Of a DNA stretch of 64,000 nucleotides, positions 10,814 through 19,310 are shown piece by piece. Made by a program: the position numbers and the translations under genes. How positions within the stretch are numbered: the first letter of the stretch is position 1; the number at the start of each line of letters is the position of its first letter. The notes under the pieces are model-generated. The model was not told the DNA's origin. It worked only from the letters and a program-made list of their open reading frames with translations, and searched no databases. The DNA comes from Candidatus Bathyarchaeota archaeon (GTDB lineage Archaea; Thermoproteota; Bathyarchaeia; Bathyarchaeales; Bathycorpusculaceae): contig OY970340.1 in assembly GCA_963717465.1 (NCBI GenBank), positions 224,001 to 288,000 on the forward strand. The letters are read 5' to 3'.

Positions 10814-10907
10814 TGATAAAATATATAGCAAGTTATCTCTAACTTCTAAAATTTATTGCAGGTAATTTTAAGTTGAATTAAAAAAGTACTTTTTCTTACT
10901 TGTATTG

Positions 10908-11117
10908 ATGTGGCCGATGCGATTCAACGAACAATCGGTTAAGGTTTAAGATTGTCAGGAAACGCGGAGTCACATCGTTCTTAAACACGTTAACGGAAGG
11001 ATCACTATTATTGCGGTTCATGCAAAAGAAGAGATAGGTTCTGGGTTGCTTACCAAGATCATTAAAGACTCAGAATTATCAAAAGAAGAATTCATTAAAA
11101 TTTTAGAAACCCTGTAA
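10908..11117 (+). pseudogene. HicA-family toxin, frameshifted, start uncertain (not in ORF track)
   Basis: Manual translation: FKIVRKRG/(S)HIVLKHVNGRITIIAVHAKEEIGSGLLTKIIKDSELSKEEFIKILETL*. Confidence 0.8.
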
Positions 11118-11172
11118 CCTCTCCTTCGAAGGACAATACCTTGTACCCTTGATAAGAATCAATTATCTAATG

Positions 11173-11516
11173 TTATTCGAGCAACAGTTTTTCCTGTTGG
11201 CTTTTTGTTCCTTTTATCAATTGCCCCTTTTTGATTATATTATCTTTAAGTGTTGAAGGGACCTGCCTTATTTCCAACAAATCAACCGGCATTCTTAGCT
11301 CTCCTTCAATCTCTGAGTTCAAACGCAAAAAATCGTCAAAACCAACCTGAGGATCAGTATAAACCGCAACATCAACATCTCGAACAACCGCTCGTCTGGT
11401 TATGCTGCCAAAAAGCCAAGCAAGTTTGACGACTTTCTTCCCATCTAGAAAAACTTCAATCTACTGACTAAACGAGCTTTCTGTTCTACACTTAAATTGT
11501 AATAATAAACGGTCAT
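11173..11516 (-). pseudogene. Minimal nucleotidyltransferase (MNT), one frameshift (not in ORF track)
   Basis: Manual translation: MTVYYYNLSVEQKARL.../KLAWLFGSITRRAVVRDVDVAV...MPVDLLEI (GS-DxD-D motif). Confidence 0.8.
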
Positions 11517-11700
11517 AAACGGGCATTTTTACCAAAATACACTATCTTGAGTTGAGCATATTACTGTTGCTCTAACTTCAATTCGGCGCAATGATGCTAT
11601 TTTCAGTAGCGGTGTCTAACTTATGGATAACCTGAACAGAATGCAACCTGGCAGAGTTTCTCGAAAGAAAAAAGGGAATTTGTGGGTAATGACAACTTGG

Positions 11701-11731
11701 CGTAGATTCAAAACCCCACCTCCCTGCACCA
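11701..11731 (+). other. Degenerate tRNA 3'-end relic (tRNA-Leu-like)
   Basis: CGTAGATTCAAAACCCCACCTCCCTGCACCA resembles ...GTGGGTTCAAATCCCACCCCCCGCACCA and ends in CCA. Confidence 0.55.
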
Positions 11732-11792
11732 CCGTTTCTTGCAGTTTCGTTTAGGCAAAACTTAAGTTCAGAGATTTCGTTATCATCCAAAC

Positions 11793-12134
11793 ATGGAGCT
11801 TGAAATCGAAAACCTGCCTAAATCCCTTCAAAAGCGAGGCTTAAAAGGAAAAATCAGGGAAATCTGTGAGAAAAACGACATTATGTTTATGGCAGTTTTC
11901 GGATCCTTTGCCAGGGGCGAACAGAAAAAAACCAGCGATTTAGACATAGTCATTGAATTCGACAAGACCAAACGGAAAAGCCTTTTAGACTTGATTCATG
12001 CAGAAAACGAGCTGACAAAGACGTTTAAACGGAAAGTTGATCTAGGGCTGCTCCACAGTTTAAACCCCTTAGTCGCGGAAGACGTGAAGAAGGAAATGCG
12101 CATTATCTATGAAAAACGACAGAGCTTATCTTGA
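11793..12134 (+). CDS. MNT (MntA-like) antitoxin nucleotidyltransferase
   Basis: VFGSFARGE...SDLDIV...KVDL. Confidence 0.9.
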   Translation: MELEIENLPKSLQKRGLKGKIREICEKNDIMFMAVFGSFARGEQKKTSDLDIVIEFDKTKRKSLLDLIHAENELTKTFKRKVDLGLLHSLNPLVAEDVKKEMRIIYEKRQSLS

Positions 12135-12468
12135 GCACATTCTGGATACCATTCACAACATAAACCGCTTCATTAAGGGTATGACCGAAAAAGAGTTTCT
12201 GAAAAATACCGAAAAACAATTTGCCGTTCTGAGGGGATTGGAGATTATCGGCGAAGCTGCAAAGAACATAAGCAAAGAATTAAAATCGCAATATCCCGAA
12301 GTTGAATGGGCAGACATCGCTGGGATGAGAGACAAACTAATTCATCAATATTTTGGAGTAGACTTATCACTTGTTTGGGAAACAGTAAAAATCAAGGAAA
12401 CAGTAAAAATCAACCTTTCTAAACTTGAAAAAACTGTTTCACAAATACTTGCAAAGTCTGCCAGTTAA
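12109..12468 (+). CDS. HepT/DUF86 HEPN toxin
   Basis: [26 protein letters not shown] (Rx4H); overlaps the MNT gene. Confidence 0.9.
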   Translation: MKNDRAYLEHILDTIHNINRFIKGMTEKEFLKNTEKQFAVLRGLEIIGEAAKNISKELKSQYPEVEWADIAGMRDKLIHQYFGVDLSLVWETVKIKETVKINLSKLEKTVSQILAKSAS

Positions 12469-12544
12469 TGATAGAAAAACCCAGCTAAAGAAAGAAAGAG
12501 CCAAAAATAAGAAAATGTTATGTGCTTTTAACTTCTTAATGGTG

Positions 12545-12745
12545 CTAATGGCCGTGGCCACACTCGCTGCAGCTGCAACCTCCGGATTTTTCAGACGATG
12601 GCTTTTTAACGAATTTAGCGGGACCTTTATCGAACGTTTCTTTGCAGGATTTGGCACAGAAATAGTAGGTTTTGCCGTTGTAGTCGGATTTTAGCTTGGT
12701 CTTTTTCTCGTCAACCATCATGCCGCAGACTGGATCTTTCATCAT
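12545..12745 (-). CDS. YHS-domain small metal-binding protein
   Basis: DPVCGM...YYFCAKSC with a Cys/His tail; downstream of the ATPase. Confidence 0.85.
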   Translation of the reverse strand: MMKDPVCGMMVDEKKTKLKSDYNGKTYYFCAKSCKETFDKGPAKFVKKPSSEKSGGCSCSECGHGH

Positions 12746-12770
12746 GAGTTTTTCACCTCGCTTTACCGAG

Positions 12771-14868
12771 TTATTTGCTTTTGTTGAACTTAAACTTAGC
12801 CAGCTTCAGGGTCGCTGAATTTGTTACAACTGTCAGGCTGCTTATCGCCATGGCTCCAGCCGCGTAAACAGGATTAAGCAATCCTAAGGCAGCAATCGGA
12901 ATCATTACGATGTTGTAACCGAACGCCCAAAACAAATTTGAGTTAATCTTTTGCATAGTTCTTTTACTAAGTTCAATGGCTAAAGCGACATCTTCCAAAT
13001 CATCTTTAATGAGCACAATGCCGCCTGCTTCCTTGGCGATGTCAGTTCCGCTACCAATTGCGATCCCAATGTCAGCTTGAGCTAATGCTGGAGCATCGTT
13101 AATGCCGTCACCAACCATCGCCACAGTCTTGCCCTCAGCTTGCAGCTGCTTGATGACGTCGACTTTTTGCCAAGGCAAGACGTTTGCTATAACCTTTTCA
13201 ATCCCTAGTTGCTTAGCAATCGCTTGTGCAGTTTTCTGATTGTCGCCCGTGAGCATAGCCACTTCAAGATTCATGCTTTTCAACTGGTTCATTGCGGTTG
13301 CTGCGTTTTCTTTCGGGGTATCCATAGCAGCAATTAAACCTACCGCTTGACCGTCAACTGCCAACATCATAACAGTTTTGCCGTTATCCTGCAAAATGGA
13401 CAGGTCATTTTCTAAAACTTCAACGTTGATCTTTTGCTCTTGCATGAGAGCGCGGTTTCCAAGCAGCACTTTTTTGCCGTTCACAGTACACTTTACTCCT
13501 CTGCCGGGCAAGGCTTCAAAGTTGTTGGTCGTGAAAAGCTTCACTTGCTGTTCATTTGCTTTCTTTGTGATGGCGTCTGCCAGCGGATGCTCTGAGCTTT
13601 GTTCCACGGAGCCTGCAAACCGCAATACATCATTTTCGCTGAAGCCTTCGTATGGTTTAATGTCGGTTACTGCGGGTTCGCCTTTAGTTAGTGTTCCAGT
13701 TTTATCGAAAACTACAGTGGTTAGTTTTCTTGCGCGTCCACGTATTCCCCGCTGCGCAGCAAAACTCCATATTCCGCGCCTTTGCCGACACCCGCTAAAA
13801 TGGCAGTGGGAGTTGCAATACCCATTGCACAAGGACAAGAAATTAACAAGACAGCCAACAATGCCAGGAAAGCGGTTGTGAAGCCTCTTGCAAAAAACCA
13901 GTAAGTAAACGAAACAGCGGCGACTGTGAAGATTATTGGTACGAACCATGAAACTATTTTATCAGCGAACTTTTGCACGGGTGCATTGCTGGCTTGTGCT
14001 TCTTCCACTAAATGCACAATTTGCGATAAAGCTGTTTCATCGCCTACTTTGGTAGCTTTAACTGTTAAGGCGCCAGTTTTATTGATGGTTCCGCCGATAA
14101 CAGGGCTGCCTATGGTTTTTTCCACGGGGATGCTTTCGCCGGTGAGCAGCTTTTCATCAACTGACGAGTAGCCCTCAGTTATTTGTCCATCGGTTGGGAT
14201 TTTTTCGCCAGGCTTTACAAGCATGACGATACCAACTTGCACTTCATCGATTGGCACATTGACTTCTTGTCCATCTTTTATAACTCGAGCCATAGTAGGT
14301 TGCAGCTCAAGCAGGGCGCGAATTGAAGCAACTGAACGGCGACGTATGAGCTCTTCGATATATTTACCCAACAAGACAAACGCTAGAATTCCAATCGATA
14401 CTTCAAGATAGCCCGTCCCTGAAGCAAAACGTGGAAAAAAGCTGCTAGTGCCCCATAAGACCAGCCTGCAAGTACACCGGTAGCCACAAGAACATCCATG
14501 TTGACATTGTGATTTCTAAGTGATAGGTAAGCGCCTTTAAGAATGTTAAAGCCAGCATAAAAAACGATTGGAATTGAAATTATAAATATAATAAAATTGT
14601 AAGCTGTTAGTTGCCCGACTAACTCCAAAGCATTTAAAGCTATCAAAAAGCCGAACGCTGAGGCAATTTTTAATCCAGCGGCTGCTATAGCCGCAAGCAG
14701 AGTTAAAGTAACTTTTCTTTGCATCGCTTTTAATTCGCGTTCTGGTGCAGTGTAAACATCAGCGCATTGTTGGCTACAAAAATAGTACGTTCGATCGCCT
14801 ATTTTGCGGCTTATAGCGGTCTCAGTATCCACATCCATGCCGCATACAGGGTCTCGAGCTTTAGCCAT
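12771..14868 (-). CDS. copA: Heavy-metal (Cu-type P1B) P-type ATPase with N-terminal YHS domain; two frameshifts
   Basis: [29 protein letters not shown] and YN motifs across three ORFs. Confidence 0.88.
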
Positions 14869-14969
14869 TCATATTTCCCTTTTTACTTTTAATATACTAG
14901 TTTTAAAGGATATAATATCGATAAGTTAATGATTGAATTACCGATTGAATCGGTCTTTAAAAGATATAT

Positions 14970-14977
14970 TTATTTCG
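14970..14977. repeat. Target-site duplication TTATTTCG (left copy; right copy at 19316-19323)
   Basis: Identical 8-mers abut both terminal inverted repeats. Confidence 0.92.
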
Positions 14978-14982
14978 GGTTC

Positions 14983-15060
14983 TGTTAACTTATTGATGGA
15001 TGGGTTTTTCTGTTAATTGTCGTGGGATAATTTTTCTCCATGTTAACTTTCGTGGGATAA
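14983..15060 (+). repeat. Left subterminal repeat array (TGTTAAnnnTCGTGGGATAA)
   Basis: Copies at 14983 (degenerate, part of the TIR), 15011-15030 and 15041-15060. Confidence 0.9.
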
Positions 15061-15158
15061 ACTAAAGAGCCATTGTAATCAATAGATTAGATTAATATCT
15101 TAATATGAGAAGCCTCAAATAAATATAAAGCAAATAATTGACGTAAGGTTGATTAAAA

Positions 15159-15488
15159 CTGAACCAAGAAGAAGCAATACTTAAAATTTTTACTGATGCT
15201 GAAATAGTTAAACTAAAACAGCATTTAGGTCAAGGTCATTTCATCGATTGCCTTCTTATGCTTGCTTTAAACTGCAATCAATGGGGCACAGCAAAAGAGT
15301 TCGCAGATAAAAACAATTTACCTCTGAGTTTTTATGCTTATAGAGCAAGAATGAAAGAGATTGAAAATCTCGGATATGCAACAAGCAAACCGATTGACCC
15401 TTTAAAAAAATCGTATCAAATAACTGAATCAGGAAAAAAAATCGTTAATTCTCTATTGTTATTTTTTGAGCAATTAAAAAAAGAGTAA
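15159..15488 (+). CDS. Winged-helix DNA-binding protein (start uncertain, about 15149-15258)
   Basis: Frame open from 15153; RARMKEIENLGY...SYQITESGKKI wHTH-type pattern. Confidence 0.7.
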   Translation: MNQEEAILKIFTDAEIVKLKQHLGQGHFIDCLLMLALNCNQWGTAKEFADKNNLPLSFYAYRARMKEIENLGYATSKPIDPLKKSYQITESGKKIVNSLLLFFEQLKKE

Positions 15489-15495
15489 AATAAAA

Positions 15496-16632
15496 TTAAC
15501 TTGATTTTCTGCTTGCATTTTCGATTAGAGTTTTCCACTTGTTTTCTCCTTGAATTTGGATACCGCAAGCTTCGGCGGGAGTTTTTCCTTCTAATGCTTC
15601 ATGGGGTCTGATATAGTTGTGGTAAAGTTGGTAGCCTTTCAAAACTGCCGTTGCATCCATCTTTAAACCCCTCATTGTCTTTTCTCTATCTCTAATTTCA
15701 CCGTTCATGCGTTCCATTTTATTGTTGTTTCTATCGCCTCTAAGTTGGATATGAGCAATATGCTCGGTTCTTGTCTCTTTACATTGTGTCCAAAATTCCT
15801 TTTTGTAAGCATCATGATAAGCTGGAAGACCATCAGTTATGAAGGTCATAGGCTTTTTGCCCATTAATTCTTTAGACATTTTTAGCAAGTTTCTTGCATC
15901 ATGTTTGTCTTTGGTTTCTGCGACTTCTTGGGCAATCCAGAACCTTGTCTCATCATCCATCATAGCAAACAAATATTTCATGTTACCGTTGATTTTGACA
16001 TATAGTTCATCGGCTCTCCAAGTGTCTGAAACATTTGGCTTTATTTTTTCAAGATATTCAGTCATTAAAGCCGTGTACTTAGTTACCCACTTTAAAATTG
16101 ATACGTGACTAATCGTTATTCCTTGAAGCTTTAAGAATTTCTGAACATTTCTAAGACTCTCTCCTGTGAAATATAACTGCATAGCGGAAGTGATAACTTG
16201 CGGCGCAACCCTTGTTTTTTCAAACCCTAAGTTTAATGTAAAGTGTTTTTTGCAATCTTGGCAGAGATAAATTTGGAGATTGCCTTTCTTGTTGTGTCTT
16301 AAGCCGTCTTTGACTATGTTTGATGAACCACATATTTGGCAGTTTTGAAGGTTCAATTCAGGGATAACTTTGTTAACTGCTACTTCAGTTCTCAGTTTAA
16401 TTGAAAGTTCAACAGCAAAAATATGTTTGCATTTTACGTGTCGGTAGGTGTGGTCTGGGCATTCACAGTGCCATTCACTGTCAACCTGATAAATCGCATA
16501 TTCGCCATTTCCCGATTGACTTTTGACTGTGTAAAAGTTCTCTTCAACACGGTTAACTTGACACTCTTTGGCTTTAGCTATTACTAAACCTCTTTCTTCA
16601 CGGATTTGTTCAAGTTTTTCAAGGCTCATCAT
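15496..16632 (-). CDS. IS6-family DDE transposase with N-terminal SWIM finger and Zn ribbon
   Basis: CECPDH...CKH (SWIM), CQICG...CQDC, WRADE / ITDG / NNKMER triad, YHNYIRPH. Confidence 0.92.
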   Translation of the reverse strand: MMSLEKLEQIREERGLVIAKAKECQVNRVEENFYTVKSQSGNGEYAIYQVDSEWHCECPDHTYRHVKCKHIFAVELSIKLRTEVAVNKVIPELNLQNCQICGSSNIVKDGLRHNKKGNLQIYLCQDCKKHFTLNLGFEKTRVAPQVITSAMQLYFTGESLRNVQKFLKLQGITISHVSILKWVTKYTALMTEYLEKIKPNVSDTWRADELYVKINGNMKYLFAMMDDETRFWIAQEVAETKDKHDARNLLKMSKELMGKKPMTFITDGLPAYHDAYKKEFWTQCKETRTEHIAHIQLRGDRNNNKMERMNGEIRDREKTMRGLKMDATAVLKGYQLYHNYIRPHEALEGKTPAEACGIQIQGENKWKTLIENASRKSS

Positions 16633-16635
16633 GTG

Positions 16636-16700
16636 CTTATACCTGTATTGGTATAAGTAGCAACCAAGTATTTAAAGTTATACCATTAAGGGTATAACTT
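16636..16700. promoter_or_regulatory. Twin palindromic operators TTATACC-N6-GGTATAA in the divergent transposase/MTase promoter
   Basis: CTTATACC-tgtatt-GGTATAAG (16636-16657) and AAGTTATACC-attaag-GGTATAACTT (16675-16700) around TATA-like boxes. Confidence 0.8.
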
Positions 16701-16730
16701 ATATACATCTTCTGCTATAATCATAAAATC

Positions 16731-17876
16731 ATGCCAATATCTTACAAAGAAGTAAGCAACACCAAATACATCTATTTTTCTTATTATGATAACGAGCAAA
16801 GAAAAAAAATAGAAATTTACTGTGGAACGGCAAACGACCCTACAGCTATAGAAAAAGCTGAAGCACTTGAAAGCGAACATTTAAAGAAACAAATTTCAAA
16901 TCTCCAACTGCAACTAAAAGAGTACGATACTGGCACAATCAAGAAATCAAGAAAACGAAAGTCCAAAACTGTCAAGCAATCAATACAAGATAATATCGAA
17001 ATGCAAGAATATTTGAGAAATGCAACGCTCTATGACCCTGAAGTTTACTATAAAACAAGCGAACATATGGACGCAGTTCAGGATAATTCAATTCAATTAA
17101 TCGTGACATCGCCGCCATACAACGTAGGAAAAGAATACATTGCTTATGATGATAAAAAAGAGCTTCAAGTTTATCTCGATTTCCTTAACAATGTATGGAT
17201 AGAATGTAAAAAGAAACTATGTAAAGGTGGTCGTATAGCAGTGAACATCGCTGATACTTGGAGAACACCTTACATTCCGTTGCATTGCTACATCACTAAA
17301 CAGCTTGTAGATTTAGGCTTCTTGATGCGTGGTGTTGTCTTTTGGGATAAAGGTGCAAGCGTTGGCATTTCAACAGCATGGGGTTCGTGGCGGTCTGCCT
17401 CTAACCCATGTTTACGAGATGTCGGTGAGTACATACTTATTTTCGCAAAAGATGATTTCAAACTAGAATCAGAAACTAAAATATCAACTATCACAGCAGA
17501 CCAATTCACAACATATACAAAGTCACTATGGACATTTTCAACGGTTCAAAAACCCAAAGATAGTGACCATCCCGCACCATTTCCAGATGAATTACCCAAA
17601 CGTTTGATTTTGCTTTATACCTTTTTAGGTGGAACAGTTCTCGACCCCTTTCTCGGTTCGGGAACAACATGCAAAGTTGCTAAAGCTCTTGGCAGAAAAA
17701 GTATCGGTTACGAGATTGACGAAAGTTATAAGCCTGAGATTGAACTGAAAATTAATAGTGTGAAGTCAATCGGGTTATCACTTGACGCTTTCACTGCAAA
17801 CGGCAAAAAAACACTAAATCAAGATTTGCCTGCTATACCTATTTCCTTAAGGTCAAGTACGAACGATTCAAGCTGA
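16731..17876 (+). CDS. Beta-class amino-DNA methyltransferase (likely N4-cytosine) with an extra N-terminal domain
   Basis: VTSPPY...HPAPFP...LDPFLGSGTT motif order. Confidence 0.92.
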   Translation: MPISYKEVSNTKYIYFSYYDNEQRKKIEIYCGTANDPTAIEKAEALESEHLKKQISNLQLQLKEYDTGTIKKSRKRKSKTVKQSIQDNIEMQEYLRNATLYDPEVYYKTSEHMDAVQDNSIQLIVTSPPYNVGKEYIAYDDKKELQVYLDFLNNVWIECKKKLCKGGRIAVNIADTWRTPYIPLHCYITKQLVDLGFLMRGVVFWDKGASVGISTAWGSWRSASNPCLRDVGEYILIFAKDDFKLESETKISTITADQFTTYTKSLWTFSTVQKPKDSDHPAPFPDELPKRLILLYTFLGGTVLDPFLGSGTTCKVAKALGRKSIGYEIDESYKPEIELKINSVKSIGLSLDAFTANGKKTLNQDLPAIPISLRSSTNDSS

Positions 17877-18514
17877 CTTTTCTTTGTAACATCATAAATT
17901 GCTTTTACAGTAGCATTTCTATAGCCATGCAAGTGGTTTGGTATAGCATTAGTTACGATAAAGAAGTGACCTTTTGGGAAACGTTCATTCCATTTTTTAG
18001 CGTTTGCAAAAGCTTTTTTCTCTGTGTCTGAGCGCATCATTCCAGGTCTGTCTAGATGTGAGTGTGTTCCATCAGGATTTATAATATAGTCTGGTGACCC
18101 CTTTGCTTCTATCACCACATCAGTTTTTATCTCTAAATCATAAAGCCTAGTTACGTCAGAAGTAGGTCGTGCCGTTATCCCAAAATTCTTATTTAGAAGT
18201 AACCAAAATGCCCATTGGAATTCTTCACCAACATATGTGGCACGAGCTTGAAAAGTGGCTACTTCGTAAACATATCTTTCTCCGCATACTGGACAGGTAT
18301 CGGGTTTATCGCCCCACCCATATGAAAATTTTTTTAGTTCCATACATCTAACACAAACCCAACATTTATACAATGCCATAGCTTTGCAAATATTGTTGAA
18401 GCAACTTGTAAAATATCGTGAAAGTGAATCGTTTGTCATACCATTTTTTTCGATAATATCATAATTTTGTTTCGCTACTGTCAAGTATGGTGTAGCTGAT
18501 TCAGGAACTGACAT
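17819..18514 (-). CDS. Putative type II restriction endonuclease (PD-(D/E)XK, Zn ribbon)
   Basis: CVRC...CPVC, GEEF, YDLE...IEAKGS; convergent with and overlapping the MTase. Confidence 0.7.
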   Translation of the reverse strand: MSVPESATPYLTVAKQNYDIIEKNGMTNDSLSRYFTSCFNNICKAMALYKCWVCVRCMELKKFSYGWGDKPDTCPVCGERYVYEVATFQARATYVGEEFQWAFWLLLNKNFGITARPTSDVTRLYDLEIKTDVVIEAKGSPDYIINPDGTHSHLDRPGMMRSDTEKKAFANAKKWNERFPKGHFFIVTNAIPNHLHGYRNATVKAIYDVTKKSQLESFVLDLKEIGIAGKS

Positions 18515-18626
18515 AATTCACTTATTAATGACCTATTGATATTTAAAACTAATCAAATAAAAACAAACGTATAAACATAAGAAACGATAAATAATCAATT
18601 AAATGTAGTTTGGCGAGAGGGTTATC

Positions 18627-18908
18627 TTGTCAGTTTACAAAAGAAAACTTAGACAGAGTGAAGCTGAAAGATATTTTATTTATGTTGAAGCATCAGTTCG
18701 TAAAATGTTTCCTAAACCACTCGTAAAATTTTCCGTTTTAGTTAATGGTAAATCATTCGATGCTAGGATTGACGCTAGATGGCGTATTTGGGCTAACTAT
18801 TTCTGGAATTCACTATCATCATTCAAAGAGGGTGATATGGTCACTATTGAAAAAACTGCCAATCGTGCTTTTACTGTTTCGGTGAATCCTGCTGAGAATG
18901 TTCACTAG
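18627..18908 (+). CDS. Small protein, putative B3/EcoRII-N-like DNA-binding pseudobarrel (paralog 1)
   Basis: KLRQSE..RYFIYV....RKMFP...GKSF...RIW...GDMVTIEK; paralogous to 18871-19176. Confidence 0.6.
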   Translation: MSVYKRKLRQSEAERYFIYVEASVRKMFPKPLVKFSVLVNGKSFDARIDARWRIWANYFWNSLSSFKEGDMVTIEKTANRAFTVSVNPAENVH

Positions 18909-19176
18909 CTAACCCAAGTCTATTTTTGTCTCTTTTTGTAAAAATTACGACTTGGTAAGGCTTCATGTTAATGCAATCCTTTATCATATTGGCATTTATC
19001 CATATTCTTCCATAAGCGTCTAAGTTAGCTTGAAATTCTTTTTTACCAATTATTATCGTAAATTTTTCATTTAAATCAGGAAACATCGAACGGGCAGTAT
19101 CGACAACGTATATGTACCCTCGCGATGATTCCGAGGTTGAAAGTACCTTCCGATAATATTCTAGCATCTTTCTCAA
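18871..19176 (-). CDS. Small protein, putative B3/EcoRII-N-like DNA-binding pseudobarrel (paralog 2)
   Basis: KVLSTSE..RGYIYV....RSMFP...KKEF...RIW; ATG at 19167. Confidence 0.6.
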   Translation of the reverse strand: MRKMLEYYRKVLSTSESSRGYIYVVDTARSMFPDLNEKFTIIIGKKEFQANLDAYGRIWINANMIKDCINMKPYQVVIFTKRDKNRLGLASEHSQQDSPKQ

Positions 19177-19220
19177 GTATTTAACAAAACTAAAATATTA
19201 AATTATTTCATCAAACCCAA

Positions 19221-19310
19221 TTATCCCACGATTGTTAACAGTTAAATCAGGCTATAGTAGCCTATCCCACGACCTTTAACATGAACCCCAAATCCCATGA
19301 CAAGTTAACA
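19221..19310 (-). repeat. Right subterminal repeat array
   Basis: Minus-strand TGTTAACAATCGTGGGATAA (19221-19240), TGTTAAAGGTCGTGGGATAG (19262-19281), TGTTAACTTGTCATGGGATT (19291-19310). Confidence 0.9.

Noticed and set aside
14983..15060. Mini CRISPR array
   Set aside because: Spacers are only 8-10 bp, the repeats are mirrored at the other transposon end, and there are no cas genes.
1360..17876. DISARM system (PLD, helicase, DUF1998, MTase)
   Set aside because: The helicase and DUF1998 are fused and paired with a YprB-like exonuclease (MrfAB type). The PLD gene is separate and the MTase belongs to the transposon.
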